Source: a virus
Taxonomy: Duplodnaviria > Caudoviricetes
DNA length: 33,648 nucleotides
Direction: 5' to 3' (one strand)
Virus record (IMG/VR): IMGVR_UViG_3300032216_000739
Location: 1-33,648 of that record
In this document: positions 18,187-26,769 of the stretch, piece after piece
How positions within the stretch are numbered: position 1 is the first letter of the stretch
How the letters are laid out: every line of letters begins with the position of its first letter
The notes under the pieces: generated by a model
Seen by the model: only the letters and a program-made list of their open reading frames with translations
Told to the model about the DNA's origin: nothing
The model's database searches: none
Made by a program: the position numbers and the translations under genes

Positions 18187-20808
18187 GTGCCGACTTACTC
18201 CATCAAAGCGCCGGACGGTAAAACTTACGAGATAGACGGGCCGGAAGGCGCGACTACCGAACAAGTCAAAGCCGAGGTCATGCGTCAGCATCCGCACTTG
18301 TCGGACGCTGCACCGTCTGCCGCACCCGCCGAAAAGCAAGGCACGTTCTCGCGGGTCATGGGCAACATTGGCCCCGACATCACCGAGTATGTGGGCGGCG
18401 TCACCAACATGATCCGGCATCCGGTCGATACCGGCCAAGCCCTGTTTAATCTGGTTGCGCCATCGCCATTGATATTGAATCCCGAACGGCTGGCTGTTGC
18501 TAAATCGTTCTATGAAGCGGCGCAAAATCCTGGCGAAACCATGATTCAGCATCCGTTTCAGACGGCGCTGACGGTGTTGCCTGGATTGGGCGCAGCATCT
18601 AAAGCTGCGGGAATGGCTCGCACTGGTGCGGCGTTAACCCGCGCAGGGACGCTTATTGACCCCGTGCAGATGGCCGGTAAGACTGCGCTGATGGGTGGCA
18701 AATATGTTGCGGCCCCGTTGGTCGATGCGGCGGGGCGCGTCATCACCAACCTCAAAAACCCTGCCGGTTCGGCGGGCAACGCGCTGCTGGAAATGGTTGA
18801 CTCCAACCCCGCCGCAGCCATCAATGCGCTGGAACAAACGCGCAATATGCCGGTGACGCCTGGGTACAACCCGACGCTGACTGAGCGCCTGTACGCAGGC
18901 GGTGTGTCCAACCCAACCGTTGCGGCTACCGAGAATCGGTTGCTGGGCGCTAACCCCGAACTGACCCGCGAACTGTACGCCACCACGCAGCGCAACGTCG
19001 CCGCTTTGCAGGAGCAGTTGGCGCGAGTCAACGAGCGCATCACGCAGCAAGCCAACGCCCTTGCGCCTGCGGCCAAGGCCGATCTGGAGGCGTTGCGCGG
19101 TTCGCTGCAATCGACATTGGACGCCGAGACTGCAAAGCTGGGGCAAGCGCAACAGGGCATCACTAACCAGTTGAGCAACGCCACGCCGCAAACCACTGGC
19201 GCGACGCTGGCTGAACGCGGTCAAGAACTGCGAACGCAAGTTAAGAAAGAAGTCACCGGCCCTGCCTATGACGCGGCTTTTAAATTGGCAGGTGACGCTG
19301 GCAGCGATGTCTCGCCGCTTATGGTCGCAGCCCGCACCAAGTTCCCTGTCGGCATCGCGCCCAACATCACCCGCGAGTTGGACGCGATTGCCGCCCGCAC
19401 GGCTCGCGCCGGAACGCCGGATCCGGTCATGGGCGTTGTGCGCGGGCAAGTGCCGCCGACTGCAACGCTTAAAGAAATTGACGGGTTGCGGAAGGCGATC
19501 AACGATGACATCGCCGCCGCCCGCGCTTCTGCAACGCCGGACGCCGAAAAGACCGTTGCGCTACTTAACCGTTTTCACAACGAAATCGACAACGTGGTTG
19601 CCAACAGTTCCACGCTGTCGAGCGAAGCCAAAGCCGCGTACAACAACGCGCTGACAACCTATCGCACTGAGTACGCCCCGCGCTTTAAAACTGGCGTTGC
19701 TGCCGATCTGTTCCGCAACACGAACAAGAACCAGCCACGCCTGTTGGCCGATGACACGGTAAACAAGTTCCTCACCAACGAGACGTCTGCCGATCAATTT
19801 GTGGCGACCTTTCGCGGCGATCCGGCTGCGACAGCCGCCATGCGCGAAGGCGTCGAGCGCCTGTATCGCGAAAAGGTCACCAACCCCGCGCAGCATGAAA
19901 AGTTCATGCAGGACTACGGTGACCAGCTTAACAAGTTGGATCGTGCGGGGCTGGGACTGCGCGACAAGATGGACTCGTTGGGCAAGGAAGTTGCCAATCT
20001 GGATGCGGGCCGCAAGGCGCTGGAGGCTCGCGCCAAGAAGTTTGGCGTCGAGAACATGGGGCAGTTGGTAGACAAAGCGCTTGCCAGCCCGTCTACGCTG
20101 GACGAAGTGCTGACCGCCGCCAATGGCCCCGCCCGCACAGCGTTGGCGCAGGAACTGATGCAGCGCGCTACGCAGAACCTGGATGGCGCTACGCAGTATC
20201 TCAAGACGCACGCCGATGCCATCAAGAAGGCGCTGCGGGCTGACGATCCGGCGACCGCCAACCGTCTGTACAACGACGCCGTGGACACTGCCAAGTGGTA
20301 CGACGAGTTTAAAAACATCGACGCGCCCAAGGCCACGGATGTCAACGTCCGTGTGGACGCGGCTTCAATGGGTCGGTTTACCGACGCGCAGTTGCATGAC
20401 TTGTCCGTTGTGGCGCAGGACATCAAGCGCGGTCAAGAGATTGACCAACTGGCAAGTCGCGGGCGCGCAGCGGTTACGCCCAACGCTCGCAAGCTGGGAA
20501 CCGAAGCGGCGGCAGAGGAAATTGGCAACGCGCCGATGGGGTTCTTAAACGCCAAGATCACGGCGGCGCGCAATATCTTCAAGATCCTCACGGGCGGTGT
20601 GGACAAAAAAGTGGCTGCGGAACTGGCGCGTGTGATGTACGCCGACCCCGACGCAGCCATAGCCATGCTGCAAGACGCGGCCAAGCGCCAAGGCGCAAAA
20701 GCGACCCGCCGCGCTGCTTATGCCGCACCGGTCAAAATGCTTAACAAGTTGGGCAAGCCCAGCATTGCTGTCAACGCCCTTACACCCACCGCGCAGGACT
20801 CTCCGTAA
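18187..20808 (+). CDS. Putative large DNA ejection protein (gp16 position)
   Basis: 873 aa, Ala-rich and helical; N-terminal 'Y.I.APDGKTYEIDGPEGAT.EQV'; last gene before lysis. Confidence 0.65.
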   Translation: MPTYSIKAPDGKTYEIDGPEGATTEQVKAEVMRQHPHLSDAAPSAAPAEKQGTFSRVMGNIGPDITEYVGGVTNMIRHPVDTGQALFNLVAPSPLILNPERLAVAKSFYEAAQNPGETMIQHPFQTALTVLPGLGAASKAAGMARTGAALTRAGTLIDPVQMAGKTALMGGKYVAAPLVDAAGRVITNLKNPAGSAGNALLEMVDSNPAAAINALEQTRNMPVTPGYNPTLTERLYAGGVSNPTVAATENRLLGANPELTRELYATTQRNVAALQEQLARVNERITQQANALAPAAKADLEALRGSLQSTLDAETAKLGQAQQGITNQLSNATPQTTGATLAERGQELRTQVKKEVTGPAYDAAFKLAGDAGSDVSPLMVAARTKFPVGIAPNITRELDAIAARTARAGTPDPVMGVVRGQVPPTATLKEIDGLRKAINDDIAAARASATPDAEKTVALLNRFHNEIDNVVANSSTLSSEAKAAYNNALTTYRTEYAPRFKTGVAADLFRNTNKNQPRLLADDTVNKFLTNETSADQFVATFRGDPAATAAMREGVERLYREKVTNPAQHEKFMQDYGDQLNKLDRAGLGLRDKMDSLGKEVANLDAGRKALEARAKKFGVENMGQLVDKALASPSTLDEVLTAANGPARTALAQELMQRATQNLDGATQYLKTHADAIKKALRADDPATANRLYNDAVDTAKWYDEFKNIDAPKATDVNVRVDAASMGRFTDAQLHDLSVVAQDIKRGQEIDQLASRGRAAVTPNARKLGTEAAAEEIGNAPMGFLNAKITAARNIFKILTGGVDKKVAAELARVMYADPDAAIAMLQDAAKRQGAKATRRAAYAAPVKMLNKLGKPSIAVNALTPTAQDSP

Positions 20809-21029
20809 TGGACTACCAAACTCTGTTCAACATCGCCATCTTGGTTGCAGGTTTCTTTGGCGGCTGGGTGTTGAATAGTATCTACCAGTCTATTGAACGG
20901 CTCGACAAAGACGTTCGAACCATGCCGGAACGCTATCTTGCCAAGGACGACTACCGGCAAGACTTGCAGCGCGTGGAGACCATGCTGACGCGCATCTTGG
21001 ACAAGCTGGACGACAAAGCCGACAAATGA
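20808..21029 (+). CDS. Single-TM holin/antiholin-like membrane protein
   Basis: N-terminal TM segment LFNIAILVAGFFGGWVL followed by a charged coiled coil; precedes the endolysin. Confidence 0.6.
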   Translation: MDYQTLFNIAILVAGFFGGWVLNSIYQSIERLDKDVRTMPERYLAKDDYRQDLQRVETMLTRILDKLDDKADK

Positions 21030-21367
21030 GCGAGCCGCTTCTCCAAAAGCAGCAACGCTTCGCCCGCATGGTCGCAGAGTTGATCCGCAAGGCAACCGAC
21101 TTGGGCTTCGATGTGACCTTCGGCGACGCCTACCGCGACCCCCGCGTTCACGGCGCAATGGGCGTCAAAGTCGCCTACGGACGCGCCAATAGCTGCCACA
21201 AACTGCGCCTTGCCATCGACCTTAACCTGTTCCGGCACGGGGTGTTTCTCACCACGACCGCCGACCATCAGCCGCTGGGCGAGTGGTGGGAGTCCATCGG
21301 CGGCACATGGGGCGGGCGCTTTGACGACGCCAACCACTACTCGCTAGAGCATGAGGGCGTCAAATGA
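21026..21367 (+). CDS. Endolysin, M15-family peptidase
   Basis: GDAYR, SCH...LAIDL and WGGRF.DANHYS supply the Zn ligands H, D and H. Confidence 0.88.
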   Translation: MSEPLLQKQQRFARMVAELIRKATDLGFDVTFGDAYRDPRVHGAMGVKVAYGRANSCHKLRLAIDLNLFRHGVFLTTTADHQPLGEWWESIGGTWGGRFDDANHYSLEHEGVK

Positions 21368-21756
21368 ACCCGCTGGAACTGATTGTCGGCCCGCTGTTTA
21401 AGGTCATCGACAAGATCATCCCCGACCCCCAGGCCAAAGCGCAGATGCAGTTGGAGTTGATCCGGCTCCAGCAGTCGGGCGAACTGGCGCAGATGACCGG
21501 CCAGATGGAAATCAACAAGGCCGAGGCGGCAAGCCCCGACTTGTTTCGCGGCGGCTGGCGTCCGTTTATCGGCTGGATCTGCGGCGCGGGGCTGCTATAC
21601 CAGTTCCTGCTGCGCCCGCTGCTGGGTTGGCTGTCCAGCATCAACGGCTGGGCCGTGCCGCCGCCGCTTGAAATGGACACATTGCTGACGCTTCTCTTGG
21701 GTATGCTGGGGCTTGGTGCGTACCGCACTGCGGAGAAAGTCAAAGGCGTCGCGTGA
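21364..21756 (+). CDS. Holin (GTA 3TM holin-like)
   Basis: IDKIIPDP, INKAEA...F..GWRPFIGW.CG, LL.GMLGLGAYRT.EK.KGVA. Confidence 0.85.
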   Translation: MNPLELIVGPLFKVIDKIIPDPQAKAQMQLELIRLQQSGELAQMTGQMEINKAEAASPDLFRGGWRPFIGWICGAGLLYQFLLRPLLGWLSSINGWAVPPPLEMDTLLTLLLGMLGLGAYRTAEKVKGVA

Positions 21757-22052
21757 AATCCGTACCCCGCCGATTCCAGCTTCTCAACCACACCATCGTT
21801 GTCAAAATCGTCCCCGCCGCTGACGCGGGCGACGCTTACGGCTGGTGGGATCCAGACACGAATGAGATCGTGCTGGCAAGGCAACCCAAGTCCATGATGG
21901 AACATACGTTCTGGCATGAGGCAGTTCACGCCATCTTGCACATGATGAGCCATCCGCTGGTTGACGACGAAGTGTTTGTCGATCAATTCGGCGGTCTACT
22001 GGCCCAGCTATCACAGAGCGCAAAATATGCCGCAGAAAAGAACGCCTCGTAA
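21753..22052 (+). CDS. Minimal zincin metallopeptidase (HEXXH)
   Basis: YGWWD...EIVL...TFWHEAVHAIL...DEVFVD; GTGA overlap with the holin. Confidence 0.75.
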   Translation: MKSVPRRFQLLNHTIVVKIVPAADAGDAYGWWDPDTNEIVLARQPKSMMEHTFWHEAVHAILHMMSHPLVDDEVFVDQFGGLLAQLSQSAKYAAEKNAS

Positions 22053-23136
22053 CCTACTAGAAGCCGCCGTTGCGGCGGTGAACGACGCAGGCGGCAACAA
22101 ACTCCAAGCGTCCAAAGCACTCAATATGCCGCGCGGGACGCTGGAAAACCGTCTGCGGATGGCCGAAATGGAAGGGCTGGTTCCGCTACCCCCGCAGGCC
22201 GCGCACGGCACATCGACGCTCTACGGCTCCGATGGGCAGATCAAACTGCAATGGGTCAAGTCCTCGACCGCCCGCAGCCCTGACGAATGGGCCAAGCACA
22301 TCAAGGATGTGTTTGCCGACGCACTGCCGGTCGCCAAGATCGCAGCGCCTGCCGCAGTGTCTAAAGACCTGCTGACCGTCTACCCGATTGGCGATCATCA
22401 TGTGGGAATGTACGCCTGGGGCGCGGAGGTAGGCGACGACTACGACTTGAAGATTGCGGCAAAGCTGCTGGTCAAGGCCATGCAGCATTTGGTCAGCGTC
22501 GCCCCGCCTTCGCATACGGCAATCGTTGCCAATTTGGGCGACTTCTTCCATGTAGACAATTTGAAAAACCAGACATCCCGCAGCGGTCATGTGCTGGATG
22601 TGGACACCCGCTATGCGGCCATGATCCGCGCAGGCGTGATGATGCTGCGGGCGGTCATTGACGCCGCGCTGACCAAGCACAAGCAAGTGCGGGTCATTTG
22701 CGCCATCGGCAACCACGATGACATCGGGGCGCTGTGGCTGGCGCTAGCCCTTGAGCAGTTCTACGGGGCCAATCCGCGTGTGGAGATCGACACTTCACCG
22801 GCCAAGTTCTATTACTACCGCCACGGCAAAGTGCTGCTGGGGGTCACTCACGGCGACACCGGCAAGCCGGAAAAGTTGCAATCGGTGATGGCCGCAGATC
22901 GCGCTGCCGATTGGGGCGCGACGCTGCACCGCTATTGGTTCACCGGTCACGTTCACCACCGCAAGGTTGTGGAGTTTCCTGGCGTCATGTGGGAGACCTT
23001 CCGCACGCTACCGCCCAACGATGCGTGGGCGGCAGCAGCGGGGTATCGGTCAGGGCGGGACATGACCTGCATCACCTTTCACAGCGAACACGGCGAATTA
23101 AGCCGCTACCGCTGCGACATCACGATGCTTGCATAA
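22027..23136 (+). CDS. Calcineurin-like metallophosphoesterase with N-terminal Fis-like HTH
   Basis: GDHH, LGDFFH, GNHD, HGD and GHVHH motifs; N-terminal GGNKLQASKALNMPRGTLENRL. ATG 22027 preferred. Confidence 0.85.
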   Translation: MPQKRTPRNLLEAAVAAVNDAGGNKLQASKALNMPRGTLENRLRMAEMEGLVPLPPQAAHGTSTLYGSDGQIKLQWVKSSTARSPDEWAKHIKDVFADALPVAKIAAPAAVSKDLLTVYPIGDHHVGMYAWGAEVGDDYDLKIAAKLLVKAMQHLVSVAPPSHTAIVANLGDFFHVDNLKNQTSRSGHVLDVDTRYAAMIRAGVMMLRAVIDAALTKHKQVRVICAIGNHDDIGALWLALALEQFYGANPRVEIDTSPAKFYYYRHGKVLLGVTHGDTGKPEKLQSVMAADRAADWGATLHRYWFTGHVHHRKVVEFPGVMWETFRTLPPNDAWAAAAGYRSGRDMTCITFHSEHGELSRYRCDITMLA

Positions 23137-23368
23137 CCTCTGCCAGCTTCTGCTGGTAGTGGCGCAGCTTGCCCGTATCGTCAGAGCCTGCTTTAAGCCC
23201 TTTACGCATGGCGTACTTGATGATGCAGCCCTTGTAAAAGCCGATAAGTTCTTCGCGGGTTAGCACAGACGCCATCACAGCCCACGGCTGCACAGCCATA
23301 TCGGTGTAGTGACTGCCGCCCACTTGACGCTTATCCGCGCTGTCGTACAACGTGATGTCCTCGCTCAT
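23120..23368 (-). CDS. DUF3310 (SaV-like) protein
   Basis: QVGGSHY....QPW......GF.KG.IIKY..R.G.K...D..K..HY. Note Cys where Asn is usual in GN.IKY. Confidence 0.85.
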   Translation of the reverse strand: MSEDITLYDSADKRQVGGSHYTDMAVQPWAVMASVLTREELIGFYKGCIIKYAMRKGLKAGSDDTGKLRHYQQKLAEVMQAS

Positions 23369-23559
23369 GGCGACATCACCCCGTCCAGCAGCGCCGCGCG
23401 CTCGCGCTCAGCCCGCAGGGTGCAATATCGCTGGTGCAGCCGGATCAAGATAGACGCACGGCGCTTGTTGGCGCTCTCATGCTCCAGCGCCGCTTTGGCT
23501 TCTTCCTCAGTCAACAGCGAGCAAGCGTCGTTAAGGGTTCGCCAGTTGTATTCTTTCAA
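23365..23559 (-). CDS. Hypothetical protein (NWRTLN...RLHQRY..LR..RER)
   Basis: TTG at 23559 is preceded by GGAGA; ATGA-coupled to DUF3310. Confidence 0.7.
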   Translation of the reverse strand: MKEYNWRTLNDACSLLTEEEAKAALEHESANKRRASILIRLHQRYCTLRAERERAALLDGVMSP

Positions 23560-23698
23560 GTAAAGTCTCCAAGTAAACAATTTCAGTCAGGGTCTTTTGC
23601 AGGCTGCGCTGGGCGCTGTGATACGCCTTGCGCCGAACCCGCAAATCTTCTTTTGCAGCCCGCAGCTTACCGCGTAAAGTTTTCTCTTTCAAGGTCAT
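23531..23698 (-). CDS. Small basic coiled-coil hypothetical protein (55 aa)
   Basis: ATG 23698 overlaps the helicase TGA (ATGA). Confidence 0.6.
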   Translation of the reverse strand: MTLKEKTLRGKLRAAKEDLRVRRKAYHSAQRSLQKTLTEIVYLETLLERIQLANP

Positions 23699-25029
23699 TT
23701 CAAAGCCTCCAGCCCTTGGGCCGAGTAATCGCGCTTGGATTGCAGCGCCCCCCAAATCTTCTCGTCTACGGTTTTATCCGTCAGTAGCAGGTAGCACCAG
23801 ACATCACGGCGCTGGCCGCTGCGGTGCAACCGGCCTATGGTCTGCTCAAACTTCTCCCACGACCACGGCAAGGTAAGAAATACCAAATGACTGCCGCCGT
23901 GTTGCAGGTTTAGCCCATGCGCCGCCGAGTCGGGGTGCAGCGCCAGCAGCGGTACGCTGCCAGCGTTCCAGCGGTCGATGATGTTGGGATCGTCTAGCGT
24001 CGCAATTTTGGGGTAGCGGCGCTTGAGTTCAGCCAATTGCTCTTGGTATGCGTAGACCAGAATCGTGTTGGCGTGCTGGTTCTCGACCAGCAAATCGTCC
24101 AGTACGTCAAACTTATGCGGGGACACGCGCACGGGGCGTTGTTCCACATGGAACTTTCCTGGTGCGTCGGCTCTTGCGGTCTTGATTGTTTCATAAATGA
24201 AACCACTGGCAAGTTGAGTCAGTTTGCCCGACACCACCCCCGCGCTGGCTGCGGTAACAGTGGCCCCTTGTAATTGAAGCACAAAGTCGCGCTTCATTTT
24301 TTCGTAAAGCGTCATGTCCATATCGCAGGCCACAGGGACGATGTGCAGCGGCGGCAAGGTATCTTTGTAGTCGCCAGGCTCTAGCAGGAACGTGGCCGGT
24401 TTGATCCGCGCCATGACTGCTTCCAGCGAGCCGGTACGCGGTTCCCATTGGCCGTATTCGCGGTTAATCAGGGCAAAGTATTGCTGCATGAACGCACCCT
24501 TGGCGCGGCCCAACAGCGCCTCGTTGACGATCTTGCACTGCCCAAATACATCCTCCAGCCCGTTTGAGGTAAAGCTGCCGGTTAGCCCCCAACGGATCGG
24601 GAAGCGTTCGATGATCTTGTGCAGCGCCTTAAAACGTGCGCCAGACGGGTTTTTAAGGCGCGTCAGTTCGTCAAACACGATGGCGTCAAACTTCAGCGGC
24701 TGCGCGGCCAGCCACTGCAAGGTGTCGTAGTTAGCGACCACGATGTGAGCCTTGGAGCGCAGCGCAGCGGCGCGTTTGATCGGCACACCTACGCAGACAA
24801 CCAGTGACAGTTCGGGCGCCCACAGCGCCGCCTCCTTGGGCCACACGCTGGTTGCCACGCGCTTAGGGGCCAGCACCAGAAACCGCTTGGCGTGGCCGTC
24901 GCGGATCAAATCGCGCATGGCGGTCAGCGTGATGGCGGTCTTGCCCGCGCCTACGGGAGCCAAAATCAGCGCCTTGTCGCGGGCGTAGAGGAAATCGGCT
25001 GCGAGGTCTTGGTAGGGTCTAAGGTTCAC
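23695..25029 (-). CDS. SNF2-family (superfamily 2) helicase
   Basis: LRPYQ, Walker A GAGKT, Walker B VFDELT, GLTGS, HGLNLQ, Q..GRLHRSGQ. GTG 25029 overlaps the upstream TGA. Confidence 0.92.
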   Translation of the reverse strand: MNLRPYQDLAADFLYARDKALILAPVGAGKTAITLTAMRDLIRDGHAKRFLVLAPKRVATSVWPKEAALWAPELSLVVCVGVPIKRAAALRSKAHIVVANYDTLQWLAAQPLKFDAIVFDELTRLKNPSGARFKALHKIIERFPIRWGLTGSFTSNGLEDVFGQCKIVNEALLGRAKGAFMQQYFALINREYGQWEPRTGSLEAVMARIKPATFLLEPGDYKDTLPPLHIVPVACDMDMTLYEKMKRDFVLQLQGATVTAASAGVVSGKLTQLASGFIYETIKTARADAPGKFHVEQRPVRVSPHKFDVLDDLLVENQHANTILVYAYQEQLAELKRRYPKIATLDDPNIIDRWNAGSVPLLALHPDSAAHGLNLQHGGSHLVFLTLPWSWEKFEQTIGRLHRSGQRRDVWCYLLLTDKTVDEKIWGALQSKRDYSAQGLEALK

Positions 25030-25628
25030 AACAGTCGGCCCCATTGCTCGGCCATCGCCGCAGCAATCCCCGCATAAGTGGCACTGCGAATTTTCCATCG
25101 GTCGGCGCTTGGCCCTAATTTGTTCTGCCCGCTGCCGGTCTGGTTACCCCAACGCGGTTTGCCGTTGACGATGCGTGGCTCTACAACGCTTGTCGGTCGC
25201 AACAGCGGCAAATTCTTTAGCCATAGACAAGTCTGCTTACTAGCGTCGTGACCAAACATCCACGGTTGCACAATCTGATCGGGCTTGCGGATGCGCGAAC
25301 TGATGACGCTGACCGGATTTTCCAGCGCAATGCGGTCAATTGGCGCGTTCAACAGCAGGCGCACAAATGCCAGCGCATCCTCGGTTAACTGCGGATCGCG
25401 CAGCCCTCGCGTCGTCCAGTGCATACCGGACACCGACAGATAGGTGCAAGGTGGGTGAGCGATCATCAAATCCCACCCTTGCGCCAGCACCGCCGTAACG
25501 TCGCCTTGGATGTGCGGCCCTGGCGCATCGGTTGGCAGTAGGTCGCACGACCACGCGTCATGCCCCCCCCCAATGAACGCATCGCGTACAGCGCCGCTGT
25601 ATTCGCAAGCCACTAAGATTTTAGCCAC
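25026..25628 (-). CDS. Short DNA cytosine-C5 methyltransferase-like protein
   Basis: Motif IV AHPPCT, motif VI ENPV, atypical motif I (VACEYSG), C-terminal RS.T..GIA.AMAEQW. Confidence 0.75.
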   Translation of the reverse strand: MAKILVACEYSGAVRDAFIGGGHDAWSCDLLPTDAPGPHIQGDVTAVLAQGWDLMIAHPPCTYLSVSGMHWTTRGLRDPQLTEDALAFVRLLLNAPIDRIALENPVSVISSRIRKPDQIVQPWMFGHDASKQTCLWLKNLPLLRPTSVVEPRIVNGKPRWGNQTGSGQNKLGPSADRWKIRSATYAGIAAAMAEQWGRLL

Positions 25629-25882
25629 TGATCCACCTGTTCGGTTGTCCACAGACACGCATAGTTTTGCTTCAGCGTTACAAGGTCTGCGGCAAATAGC
25701 TTTTGCAACTCAGACAACCGCCCGCCTTTGGTTTTAAGTTCCACAAACCATGTGGAGCCATCCGGCAAGCAGGCAATGCGGTCGCACACGCCGCGATTGC
25801 TGGGGCTGGTGAACTTCCAGCTTTTGCCCCCTGCACGCTCAACGGCCCATTTGAAATGGCGTTCAATTTCGGCTTCCTTCAT
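25613..25882 (-). CDS. VRR-NUC domain nuclease
   Basis: E..IE.......GG..WKF.SP...GV.DRI...P.G..WFVELK..GGRLS.LQ; ATG 25882 is ATGA-coupled. Confidence 0.9.
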   Translation of the reverse strand: MKEAEIERHFKWAVERAGGKSWKFTSPSNRGVCDRIACLPDGSTWFVELKTKGGRLSELQKLFAADLVTLKQNYACLWTTEQVDQWLKS

Positions 25883-26163
25883 CGCACCCGCCGCCATTTT
25901 TGAAAGATAGCGTTCGGACTGCGGCCCATTTCCCGCGCCAGTTGTTTACCTGACTTGTGACCGTACTCGGCTTTGAGTTTGGCAACTTGCTCGTCAGTCC
26001 ACTCAAATTGCACAGTCAGCCCCAGCGCACGCGCTTTGCCTCGCACCGCCGTCTTGCTGCGCCCGATCTGCGCGCCAATCTCGGCTGCGCTCTGGCGCAA
26101 GTATTGCGTTTCGATCAAGCGCACTTCCTGGTGCGTCCAATGCTTGTACGCACGGAGGTTCAT
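25879..26163 (-). CDS. DNA-binding protein with two Myb/SANT-like HTH repeats
   Basis: WTHQEVRLIETQY...IGRSKTAVRGKA and WTDEQVAKLKAEY...MGRSPNAI. Confidence 0.7.
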   Translation of the reverse strand: MNLRAYKHWTHQEVRLIETQYLRQSAAEIGAQIGRSKTAVRGKARALGLTVQFEWTDEQVAKLKAEYGHKSGKQLAREMGRSPNAIFQKWRRVR

Positions 26164-26387
26164 ACCTGCCCCCTTGCACGGATGATGTCAACCAAGTGCT
26201 TAAGCAATGATTGATCGTCGTCAGACAGATCCTTACGCCCAGCGTATTCCCACAGGACGTTCAACACCGCCTCACGCTCGGTTTTGGCAACCAGTTCGGC
26301 AAAGTGATAGCGAATGTAAATTTCACCGGCAGCAATAGATTCGTGCTGCGCTTGGTGCCACAACGTATCAAGTTCATCGCGGGTCAT
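26160..26387 (-). CDS. Hypothetical protein (MTRDELD...FAELVA..ERE...IRARG)
   Basis: GGGAGG SD before ATG 26387; ATGA overlaps at both ends. Confidence 0.7.
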   Translation of the reverse strand: MTRDELDTLWHQAQHESIAAGEIYIRYHFAELVAKTEREAVLNVLWEYAGRKDLSDDDQSLLKHLVDIIRARGQV

Positions 26388-26467
26388 TTCTTCCTCCCTA
26401 AAATCGACACCAAGCACAGCGCAACGCATACGCCAACGATCAGCCACAACTGAATTTGTCCAGTCAT
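26384..26467 (-). CDS. 27-aa membrane peptide MTGQIQLWLIVGVCVALCLVSILGRKK (not in ORF track)
   Basis: ATGA overlaps at both ends (26464-26467 and 26384-26387); one hydrophobic helix and a basic tail. Confidence 0.7.
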   Translation of the reverse strand: MTGQIQLWLIVGVCVALCLVSILGRKK

Positions 26468-26769
26468 TTTTGTTTCCTTTTTCTGTTGATTCCACGAATC
26501 ACGTTTCTAACAGGCATCACGGCGCGGTTGAGCGCCAAAGCAATCTGGCCCGCAGTCATCGGGCCATAGTTGGTGGCGACAAAGGCACGCTCCTCGTCCG
26601 TCCAGTTGCCAACCTTATGCGGCACGCCGTTGCAAAAGTGCATCCGGCCATCTACATTCACCAGCCGCCATTGGCCCGCGTTGTCGCCCTTTTGCACAAG
26701 TTCACGCCACACAGTGCAGCCACACGCGCACTGCACCTCGCCGCCTACTTCGTCTTGAATCTGTATCAT
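26464..26769 (-). CDS. Putative regulator: Zn-ribbon-like N-terminus plus Myb-like HTH
   Basis: CACGC...H.C followed by WTDEERAFVATNY...IALALNR; first gene of the leftward operon. Confidence 0.65.
   Translation of the reverse strand: MIQIQDEVGGEVQCACGCTVWRELVQKGDNAGQWRLVNVDGRMHFCNGVPHKVGNWTDEERAFVATNYGPMTAGQIALALNRAVMPVRNVIRGINRKRKQK

Noticed and set aside
3594-20426. Long antisense ORFs (e.g. 3594-4412, 6353-6988, 8065-8988, 18634-19449)
   Set aside because: They shadow well-supported genes, show no motifs, and are expected from GC-rich codon bias.
26388-26495. N-terminal extension of the 111-aa ORF 26160-26495
   Set aside because: Better explained by the coupled 27-aa ORF plus ATG 26387 with a GGGAGG SD.
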